Positions 22,377-33,483 of a stretch of 35,803 nucleotides of DNA are shown here, piece after piece. Numbering within the stretch: position 1 is the stretch's first letter; the number at the start of each line of letters is the position of its first letter. Position numbers and translations under genes: made by a program. Below the pieces are notes generated by a model. That model made no database searches, had not been told where the DNA came from, and was given only the letters and a program-made list of their open reading frames with translations. Source of the DNA: Catajapyx aquilonaris (lineage: Eukaryota); contig KZ539032.1 of assembly GCA_000934665.2 (NCBI GenBank), forward strand, positions 1 to 35,803, read 5' to 3'.

Positions 22377-25368
22377 GGCACGAAATTATTCCTGAACTCT
22401 CCACTTCGTCAGTTCACCAACAGTGCACATGGTTGGGGGGTGCTCGCTGACGATATGGTGAGAAAACTCTTTAATAGACTCCCCACTCTCCGAGGCTGGC
22501 ATGCAATTATGGCGGTTTGGGAGTTTGCTGGGGGGGATGGTCGGATGTGCAAAACTTGTGCGGCTTCCTTGGTCTCTGGCGACGAGCTCCTAACGGCCAA
22601 ACGTCCTCCTCTCCCCACTCGAGCCAAACCACCTCAAATTATCTGCAAGGCTTTAATATGATGCTGCTGCAACACTATTTGAGGCCAGGAGGGGAAACCC
22701 GCTACTACACATTCGCAGTCAACTCGACTCTATGTTTAGAACCGGGGGACAGCCTGAGTCAAAAATGAGCATTAACCAATATTAGTGCCAAAAAAATAAA
22801 TTGCCTGGACGACATTTTTTGGGGGGTCCTGTTGACGTATCTCAGTAGCAAGCAGGGCGGTCCTAGTGAACCGGCAGAGTTGGGGATGTCAAAGGAACGG
22901 ATGTTTTTGTTTAGAGTCAATGCAACCTCGTTAGTCTCGCTTCTTCTCCATTTTTCTTCTTTCAAAAATACGGTCGAGCATTGGGGTGGTGGCGGAACAC
23001 ACACGATGAGCAGGACTGGTGGCCGTCAGACCAGCCTCATCCATCTTGTGTCCGCCAAAGAGAGACACTCGCACACAAAAAAGGGAAGGATACAAACGGC
23101 TCTCCGGGCAATCCGGGTCGCATCCACCCAATTCCACCCTCTATTTTAATCCCCCGGATTTTAAAAAGGCGCAAGGTATGTCCTGCAGTATATACAGGCC
23201 GTTATGTAATTTCCAGGAAAACAATTTGTCCAAATCGTATTGAAACACCCTATGTGTGCAAGAATGAGGCTACAACTTGCCGGAAGTAAATCATCGCCGC
23301 CTTCTTTTTTATATTGTACGTATTATTGGCAGGCGGTTCTCTTCCTGTGAGAAGAGAATTAAAGCGGCGATTTTGGAGTCGTTTATCGCATCGGAAATTT
23401 AACGGCAGCTGAGCAGATGCCGCTGTAAACACACGTAAGAGGTGAGGAAATGGCCCCGTTTATATTCTGACACCAACCTGCCCTCTATAAGCAACGCTAT
23501 AGAAAAAAGAGACGAATATGAGGAGTAACTAAGCCCATTTTGAGACAAGTGTGTATGGCAAATCGCAATAATAATTTTTCTCCTAATAGGCTTATTCTCT
23601 CCATCGGCTGTTTGTCGGACCTGATCTCTCGCTCGACCTGAGGGTGTGCAGAAAAGAGTATGCGACATATATGCGTGAATAATAGCATTACGTGGTAAAT
23701 CGGCGGCCCATCTCATTAAAGCTTGTTTGATTGTCACTGATGTCATTTTGCAAATATTGGCAAGGGTTCACTAGTTATAAGAAATACGGTAGCCGTTATT
23801 TTAAAAAATCACCATCGAGCTCAACCCCGCTTTTCAAACATGATTTTTGCTTTTCAGCCCTTCAGCGTATAATATTTGAAGCAGCTTAATACCGATTAGA
23901 GTGCATTACAGGAGTTAAGAGGCGTATTATTCAGGTCAGGTTGTCATAGTGATTAAACGGTATGACTGGGAGGCTTGGAGTTAATTACAAATCATCCAAT
24001 TGGTATAGCATGCGTGCTCACCAGTGGGAGAGAGATGAAGCTCAGGCAGGCGGCCTTTGAAATAAGGGCGAGTGCCTTACATCAAGGCGTTGCTTCTAAT
24101 CGAATATTTGAGTTGGGGGGGGGGGGGAGTTACAGTGTAATGGACCTGATCTGAATACTACAGTTTCCCCGCGCGAATAATTTACGCGGGTTTAATTAAT
24201 AGCGGCTGAATCGCCTGATTTTGTTGCTCAATACCTCTGCGCCTTAATTGGGAAGCATTCTGTGCCGCTCGCTGCAGCCTCGGCAAAGTCTAGGGAGTCT
24301 CCGATTAATCGACTTCCGGTGCATTAGCTCCAAGTCTTGCGCCAGCCTCCGACCTACATCTCTCGCCCCCAAAGACATGCACCGCTCTTCCTTCCTTCCC
24401 AATTTGCTCTGCTGCATGTACACGAGTGCTTACAATTAGGTCGCAATTCAGGACCAAGTCAGTGTGCAAAACGAGGAGGGCAACCCGGATAGAGAATAAG
24501 CCCCGTAGTCGGAAGAGACGTTGTGTAACTACCAGTGCACTCTGGTTAATCCTCTGTGCTCGAGTGTACGGCCTTGTGACACGCCATATAGGACACGTTC
24601 GAGTCTCCAGGAAATGAGACGATCAGAATAATTGCAACCGCTCGACTGCTGATTGGCCAGATTTGGCTGAATCACTATGCTATACTGCCCAATAGGAGCA
24701 AACGCTACTTCAAAAACCAATCGCTGCAACTGATTGCTGAATTAAACTATCCAGAACTTCTTACTCACCTCTTGAACTGCGAACCTTGGGAATCCTTCTG
24801 TGTAAAGAGAATTTTGCAAAAAAAATGTATGAAATAAATTTGGCATAAGCTTCTGCTGCTGTAGAGTATCCCTGGCAACCTTTTGAATGCGAGCCTCTTG
24901 CTGCATATACCCTGAAGGTGTATATACCGGCAATGCTTGCCTTGGAACTAGGTTTTACAGTTACATCAAAGGAGTACGAAGTTGCAGCACAAACGTGGCC
25001 AGTTCAGAGGAGCACTTTATTAGCTGAGTGCCATTGAAGTACTCTCTCTACTGCATTGGATCTCTGGAGAGAGACTAGAAACAGAAAGAGAAAAAAGTAT
25101 ATACAGTATAGGCTATAAGGTGGGAGTTTGATCGCAACTTTTATTTTAACGTATCTGTAGGCGCAGGATTTAACAGTATAGACACCCATTTTGCATATAG
25201 TGAAAGACCTTATAGAGCTATAGCAGGCAGCAGCAGGTTGTAATTTCGTCCTGCGTACCGCATGATTGGCGAACTCTATAGCTGCGTACAAAGTAGGTCG
25301 GGTTCAATCATGCGTCGGACAATTTTATCTCTGATGAGAGAAAAAAGGCTATGCTGAGCGATTGTGTA

Positions 25369-25443
25369 CAGGGTGTTTCAGAGTGATTCTAATAAACTTC
25401 CAGCGTCAATTCCGTTTGACTTAGATCATTGTGAAACACCTTG
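25369..25443. mobile_element. 75-bp mariner-type micro-MITE (hairpin)
   Basis: TA|CAGGGTGTTTCAGAGTGATTCTAA ... TTAGATCATTGTGAAACACCTTG|TA, giving ~23-bp imperfect TIRs with TA at 25367-25368 and 25444-25445. Confidence 0.75.
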
Positions 25444-26944
25444 TACTTGGAAAATGGAATTGGACATTGGCATGCGGTGGTTTGCCTCCACGTACACGTG
25501 ACGTTCGATAACCCGAGGCCAATCTCTATCTCAAACATTTGATTGCTATACATTACGCATACCAGGTATCCTGAATTGTTAATTCTGTTTACACAGCCTC
25601 TCCTGTCTTATTCATAAGTTTATTTTGAATTAAACAAGCCCGGAAACTCGGGCCAAACTTTTCCTATAGGGATAACCAGAACAGTAATATATAATAGGTT
25701 GCCTCGCAAATATTATTCTGAAATGAACTCATGCTCGGCATTTCATTTCGCACCGAGTTTAACACGAAAAAAGGTGCACTGCCGCATACGCAATTTTAAA
25801 TAATAGTAGTAGTTAATAAACATTTATCAAGCACCTGAAATCACAGAGGTCAGATGTATATTCAAAAAATAATTACCTACCATTAGCCAAATATGTACGG
25901 CACATGGAAAGTTCCCCAACCACACAAGAGAGGAAGGTGCTTATGAATTATTTAACAATTAAATTCAAACACTGCGCATTTCAAGGAGGCTTTATAATTA
26001 TAACTTCAGAATGTAAGACAAAAGACTCGTCTAATTTTTTAAAAGCGTGTCATTATTTATTCTTCCAGCATATATGATGAGTTTGGCGTCTTTATCATCT
26101 AAGCACGCAAACCTGTAAAAACTCGTCGCACTTTTAAAAATCATAAATCTGGCTGCTCGTATAGGCGCGAGTACTTGAGAATAAGAGCCGCGATGCAAAA
26201 ATGCAGGCCCATTTAGTCAAATTGAGACCAGCAGACAACCGAGAAAAAGGCCTGCTCGGTTTTTGGCTAGAAAAAAGCCAGAATTCCAGCAACTCAAATG
26301 ATTGCGATGCTAATAAAGTGAAAAAGCGTGTCTACTTCTCAGCCTGTAGAAAAGCATCTGGAGAGAAAAAGAAAAAAGGGGGCCCGCCACCTCTTGAGTT
26401 TCTTCATTAAGAAAGGTATAGTTTCCAACAAGCCATCACCACCCGCCCATTTCGCCTCAAAAACCGTGCAGAAAAAAAATCGCGAAAAAAAGGGAAAGGG
26501 GGGCAGGACCCTTTTGCAGGCTGAATCCGGAGCCTGTTCCGAGATAGGGTTTTGAGGGAGGGCTGGGAAAGGAATATCCCCTGGGAACTGTTCACTGCCA
26601 ACTTCTCAACTTGCGGGGGTCCACAAGAGAGAAATNATAGAGAGCAGGAGCCTCTCCAAGCTGCCGTTCCTTGCAATTTCAATCCCGGTTACTCCCCCAC
26701 CCCACCCTCGGAATATTTCGCTTATATACTCTGCTTTTGCCTTCCCGCACTTGCTGGATGCGGTTTTGCTTCCGCCTTATACTCACAATGGCCTATTCCA
26801 CTCCAACACATCCTATTTGCCTTTACTGCAGCACAATATACGCAGGCACGCCACGACTGTTTGCGAAAAGAGCAGAGATTGATTTCGCATTGTTGCAATG
26901 TCTTATATAGGTATTAACGAGAGTGAACTCCTTCCCCGCAAAAC

Positions 26945-26956
26945 TTGGCAACACTG
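26945..26956. mobile_element. Solo terminus resembling hAT-type CAGTGTTGCCAA TIR
   Basis: TTGGCAACACTG is present, and a related AAACTTGGCAAC lies at 5023-5034. I found no convincing partner TIR or 8-bp target duplication. Confidence 0.2.
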
Positions 26957-29900
26957 CCCTATTTTACTGTGGAGGTAGTATCATTATTAACAGAGATTCT
27001 TCCCTGTTTTAAGTCAAACTTGTCCTCAGACAGCAGCGTGTCCAAAGTGCTATAAAACGAGTCCTCCTTTGATTGAGAAGCGCTTGGATGTAATGTGTGC
27101 AAACTACACTTGTGCGGCTGCCTGTTTTGCCACATCAAAGCAAAGGGGTAAACAGCTGCGCGTTGTAAATTAATTAAACCAGCGAGGGGGGTGTTGGGTG
27201 TTTGGGGGGGTGAATCTATCTATAGACTATAGAGAGAGCGCCCGGTTGGTTGGCGATTAAAACAGTTGATCAGGAGCGTCACTTGATGCTTCCACGTGAT
27301 CAGTCACCGTTTATCCAGCCCCGATAATGCTCTCATTCGACGCTCAATTCAGCCGATCAGTATCGAGTCAGCCAGGAGAAGAATGGATTCGATGCTGCAG
27401 GTCATGTTGCAACACCACACGAATAATTGTTCGCTTTACGTTATTATTACACACTTGGTTACGAAAAAAAAAACAGGTCATTAACTCACCCGCTGGGCGC
27501 TGATTGCAGGGGCGTAACCAGTCTGGATGACGCTGTGATGTATGTCCGGCGCCTGAAAATGTATGCATGGGATTCTGGTTATTGAATTAAGATATTACAC
27601 GCGCTTCCTTCTCAAGAAAATGGGACCTCAGAATGACGGTAATAAAACCCGGAATTCTTTTTACCCCTCCCTTCGGCAGGAAGAGTAGTAAGCAGCGTTG
27701 GTGGTCATAAACCTCGACCAGAAGCGTCTCTTTTTTGGGGGGAATCCTGATGCAGCCAAGATATCTCCTTCCGGGACTTTTGCCTTGCCTCATTCACAAA
27801 ATTCTCTCCCCGGATTTTTCTGCACCTTTTCTCTGCGCTCCCTGCCTCATTTGGAAGACCATTCGCGAATATTTTGTTCCGCCCTTGGGGTGGAGCCAAC
27901 GACCGTGCCTAATTCCGCCTTCAATCAAAAGACTGACGGCTTGTCTCTTCCGCCTTCTCAGCCTGCTGATGGGGGACGTAGCAGCTTAAAAATTATTAGC
28001 TTCGTCCGAATATTTATTTGGGATTAAACGTGCCCTACATACTAAGAGGCTTCCGTCATGTCGTGTCAGTATGGAATTATTATCGGAAGGATAATCTTGC
28101 GCCATCTACTGATTTCCTTCCCAACTTCTTTCGAAGGTTGGAAATATTTTCCGCTTAATTTTTGCTAATCCCCCAGCCTTATAGTACTTGTTCTAGTTGT
28201 CATAGTCCGAGTTATCGACCGTTGGTGTGTCCCGAGTCGTTGCGATTTGCGAGCATGAGATGGCATGTCTCTCAGCGATCATTAGTCACGTGTGGTCCGG
28301 TCCAAGTGTCCTCCTGCGACTCTTTTGGAGGTCTTTTGATGGCCCGGCTACTTCTCTCGGGGTTCTTCACATAAACCTCCGCCACTCCTGACGATGTTAT
28401 TGGAGGGCTGGCTGGCTGCTGCTTGCACCGGTTACGAGCCGGGTAGTTTCGGGTCAGCAGGCTTGAAGATGGCCGTTGAATTTCAAGAGATCAAATCCGA
28501 CGCGATTTTCGCCCCAAGGACGCAGCTTCCAAAAAGCGACGGAGGATTTTTTTCTTCTTCTTTCTCTCTTTCTTTACTATCCGGCAGTTTCTCCTCCGGC
28601 TACTTTCCATTCGGGCAAAAGCAAGGGGGTCCTTTCAAAACCCCGTTTTCTGCTAGACGTATGGATCAGCCCAACCCCATGGAACCAACTTGTGGAAAAC
28701 AACCTCAATCACGCGGACATCAAAGTTGCAGGGAAGTTACCCGCAGCGAATATTCCTTCCAACAAAAAAAAACAGCCACCTGTCTTGCTATACACGGCAT
28801 AATGTCCACATGCAATTTTTGGAATGATTGACAGGTAGATGGATGGGTGAGGTACAGTCTGTGCCTAATAAATTGTCCACATTTTTTTTGCACAAATATT
28901 TTAAACCCAAAGCAGCGTATAATGAGACACATTTTAAGCTGCAGCACAGTGAAGCAGATTGAATGTGTGGCGAAATGAAGATATTGGCATAGTTTTGGAA
29001 CAGTCTGTCTCTTGGCTGGAAGCCAAAAGAGGGTGGTTGGGTGGGTGGGGCCACTTTGGAATTCGGCTGGAGTGTTTGGGATGGTGCGGTCACGGCCGCC
29101 TCGGGTTCGACCACCACCTTTCCCTTCATTACTCAGTCATTCCGAAGACGGGGCCTGACTCCTGACAAACCGATATTGATGGATGGCCATGCTGGATGCT
29201 GCAGAGGACCAAAGAAGAAGGGAAGGGGCCACACCGAGCAGGACCTCTTCCAGAGAGGAGGAAAAAAAATAGACGCACCCGCCGCAACATTACGAAACAC
29301 CCTGTGTTATATCCAATCAGTCTGGGCCTAGTCCACTTCTAGGTTCCAGCTAGCTTTTGAATGAAATTGAGGAGCCGTATCCCCGGAACAATTTTTTAGC
29401 CCGCCTAACAAGCGGACTTATGGCGCATTTGTAACAGGCCTATATCCTGCCTTCTCCCCCTACGACTCCTTTTTCTCGGTCGGTTTTTAACGTCGCTTCA
29501 TTGAGCAAGAGTAAGTGGGCGATTTGGTTGAAGTGGAAGCCCGCGGGCAGCCCCCTGCTCAAAGCGCCCCCCTTTTCGCCAGATCACTGCTCTATATCTT
29601 CGCAGCAGATCCTTTTAAAAGAACTAGGAGTGAAGGTAGTGTGTGAAAGGAGTAGAAGAAAAATAGCGGGTAGACGCCGCGACACATTCTAAATGAGAGG
29701 GGGACCCCCGTCTCCAATTAGATTACTTACTGCTGCCTGGGCGTGACGAGTCCGACACTTAAATGCAGCCAAGTCTTCCTTCAGGAAAAGGGTTTTAAGA
29801 TCCTTGGCCACACCTGAACCCCGGGTCTTTACTCGCAAGTCAAGTTGAGGCCCAGTCAAGTGGCAGTCATCAACTGAGTACAAAGTAGCTTTCGGAGCTG

Positions 29901-32298
29901 ACGCCGAGTTGCAATGAGAGGACTCCGTTAGGTTACGGTGTTCAATGAGTTCAAGTAGTGATGTAATCAGGTGCTGATAGCCACTATAAATAGTTGCAGG
30001 CTTAGGGTACTAGAGAGGTTTTTGAAATAATGTGTACTGCACAAATTAATCTTCTTATCGTAAACCATTTTTCAATTACGTTATTCACAATTCAAGCTCG
30101 AGCCAATGATGCTGTGGTTATATAACCGAGTGAGGGTGAGTTGCGAAGTACAAATTTGAACAGGTACAGGTTTGAGATATGAGCACAGGTGTTAAAATTA
30201 ATCGAACCAGCATGTTTGGTGAAAGGTATACATATAAAAAAATGCTGGCGGCGAACGTCAAGCACAATATTAATCTTGCAGGCAGGTCGGGGTGATTGGA
30301 GGGGGAGAAAATGCGGAATGAGTCGACAAAATGGGGGGATTCACCAGTGATTAATTGTCTAGGAGGTGGGTTGACCCCCCCTAGAGGTGTGAACCCCTCC
30401 CACTAATATGCAGCATAGGATGGAATCAAATCCTTCAAAAGCTGTGCCGCATTTCGATACTCAACTTGTTCACGTTGCCATGACACTTTGTGTTGCTTGT
30501 CAGGACAGTGTTTGCGGTGAGGTGGATTGAAGGTTTTCCTTTTCCCCTGCTCGCTTTTTTTGACTCTGGCTCCGAACGCAATCTATTTGATACCTGAATC
30601 CGGATGTGAACAGCTCGAACAGGAGAGAGAGAGAAAAAAGGCTAGCGATGCCCGTATATATCCGGGGCTGTCTATGAGCCTCCATTGTGAGCTTGGAAAA
30701 AAAAAAGAAGCACATCAGGCAGGCGGGGGCTGTGCTTCAGATTGCTCCAGACCCGAACTCTGCTATGTTCACTCAGCATCTGCCATACAAGAAGGGCGGC
30801 CCGGGCCAACAACAACAACCGAAAAAAGGCGGAAAGGCCGGGGAAAAAGAGCAAAAGTTGTCGTCATGGAAATGCGTGCGAAGGGAAGTCGAGAATTTTG
30901 TCGCTTTTACATTGCTGTTGTGTTGAGCTGACAAATAGCTCAGAAATAGGCGTCGATTTGTATGTAGAATCCTGATATGGCACACTCTTAAAGGGGACCC
31001 CGTATGTGACCGAGCACCGGACAGATGTCGCCAGTTTTAGGAACCGTCCACCTGGTGGCTTCCTTCTTCTTTAATCTGGAAAAATTTTGGGCCCACTAAA
31101 TGCAAAAGTGAGCGACGGACATTTTTCACAGGGTTTTTTCCCCCAGGTTGCGGTGGAGGGTGACGATCGTGACCGGAATCCATAGGAGGTGATGGGGGCC
31201 TTCATTTTTCTGCAATCAGTCTTCTCTCTTTCTCTCTCCCCGTGTCGAAGAAAATGCGGTCCAAAGATCACGATTCTGAGGGGGTCAAACTGCTGTCTTT
31301 GGTTCACGAATTTTGCTGGTGATGCTTGTACAAAGAAACAATGAGGAGGTAAACCGCAATGTAACGAGCCGGCCGGATAATGGCACATAACCAGTCACTT
31401 TCACTGCTGATTATGGCGATACAAACTTCCAGCCTTCTTTGTTGTTGAGAAATATTTTGTGCAGGCCATGTCCTGAATTTGGCTTATCCGCAATGAAAGT
31501 CGGCTGAAGAAAGATCAGTGATATTGCGACGATGTTACGAGAATGCAGTAAGGTAAATAGAGCGTCCAAAACGTTGCGTGTATACTGCCAAAGTTATGTG
31601 TGTGTGTAAGTGTGTCAGAGCAATTCATAATGCGTCCAGTATTAGCTTCCTTTTCCCCCCCTGCTGGGAGCAAGAGTGCTCTGTTGAGCACGTCCGGAAT
31701 AGGAGGAAACTCGTACCAAAACTCCCCAACTTGTTCCCTGCAAGAACATGAGGAATTGGCAATGACGACAAAGGCTGCCAATTGACTCCCGGGAGGATAG
31801 AGACTGGCCTTTTTTAAAACGAGGGAGATATTGAGGGGAGTCCAAAAAAAGGAGGAAGAGAAGAAGAAGAGGCAAAGGCCGGATGCCAAAAGGAGTCGAG
31901 GTTTTTGGAAGGTTGGTTGGCTGGTCAGTCGGAAGAGGGGCCATAATGGAGCGGGCAGTGAAAGGCTCGTTTTGCCCGTCAGCCGATTACTGCAGTTTCG
32001 GGGCAAACCAGTCGCGTCTGGGTCTCGAGCACAATGGACGGCCATTTCTCATAAGCCGGAACATGGCGCCTGCTCTCTTCTGACTACTTAGGTGCCCTCC
32101 TCCTAGATCCGGACGCGACCAACAGACTCATTTCCGAGGAGGAAGAGACGGACAACCCCAGCCATCTCTCTCCCTCTCCCCTCCACTTTTTTATCCATAC
32201 TACTCGGATGTGACGCCAAAGTGGGGGAGATTCCTGCTTTTTTTTACACAAGGGTAAACCAGCAACGTGACACGTGCACGACATATTGCGAAAGAACC

Positions 32299-32373
32299 AC
32301 TGCGTCGCACTACTGCGCAGGAAAGGCACTGCGCATCACCACTGCGCAAGTACCTGCGCAGAACACGTGCGCC
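32299..32373 (+). repeat. Degenerate tandem array of (A)CTGCGCA, period about 13 bp
   Basis: CTGCGCA starts at 32313, 32329, 32342 and 32354, with variants CTGCGTC at 32300 and GTGCGCC at 32367. Confidence 0.65.
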
Positions 32374-33415
32374 GTAGCTGTGCCTCTCCTAAAAACTAGA
32401 AAGAAATTAGTGCTATTTCAGACACAATCATCCTGGAGCAGTGAGGGGCAGGTTTGTTAACCGGAAGGCGCCGGCAGGAGCAATCAGAGCAGCCGAAAAT
32501 GTAGAAGTCATAAATTCGGCAGGGGGTGGATTGTGAGTGCGAAAAGGGGAAGAAAAAAGGAATGAGAATGGAGTCGGCGAGAGGAGGGATGGAGTTCATG
32601 AGGGGCGTTCTTAAGTGAGTGGGAGCAATTTGGCAGTCGATTGTTAGTGGTCCATAAGGCGGCGAGGTGTGCTTGGCAGCGACTTCATCACTCCAGACGG
32701 GGGGGACCCACTTTCAATATTCGCAACCGCCTTTTGGCTTCACGTCGCGGGGATTTGGCCCCTGCAAATCCGTCTTGCTCTTGGCCGCCTGCCATCTCAA
32801 CACCCCCCACCCATCGGTGGGGTTTGGGCTCCTCACCCCCTCTCCATCCTCCCACTCGAGTCACACTGTCTGCAACTTTTCTTGAGGTCTCGACACGACG
32901 ATCCGAGGCTCGCACTCTGGATGCCATTGCTGCCATCTGGCGCTCTAGTTCAAGCTCCTGCTGGGTTGTATGCTAATCGGGGTCCTCGGGGATATTCTCA
33001 GGGTTACGACACACTGTTCCTCACACCGATATTGACCCGGTTGTCGCCTCAAAGTCATCCCAAGTTTGCAGGTTGCATTCACTCAAAAGCAAGTTTTCTC
33101 CATTGCATTGGCACGATTTGACCAGGTGGTTCATAGTGCTATCCCTAAATACACACACCCGATCCGACAGCAGTGAATCGTATAGGGCAACACCGGAGGC
33201 GACTGACCGACTGTTGCAACCTTTCAATAATGGCGTGCAAAATCCGGCATTGTTTGCGTCGCGGATCGGACATTCTGTCACAGGCTCGTTTTCCTTTGTT
33301 CGTCGCGCTCTCTTTTTTTTTCCCCTCTGCCCACACCGTCGCTTTTTGGGTGTCGCTCTTGCGGTTGTTGAAAACAAGCCATAGCAGCTGTCGACATGCG
33401 AACACTACTGTAGTA

Positions 33416-33483
33416 CCGGGTGTGTCATAATGATGCAGATTCTGCTGGCTAATACGTCGTCTGAAAAATGATACGACACCGTG
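33416..33483. mobile_element. Probable decayed mariner-type micro-MITE, 68 bp
   Basis: TA|CCGGGTGTGTCAT ... ATGATACGACACCGTG|TG; the ends resemble CAGGGTG/CACCCTG and are partly complementary. Confidence 0.35.

Noticed and set aside
25265..25325. GGTCGGGTTCAATC resembling a tRNA B-box (tRNA or SINE)
   Set aside because: No cloverleaf, acceptor stem or convincing A-box.
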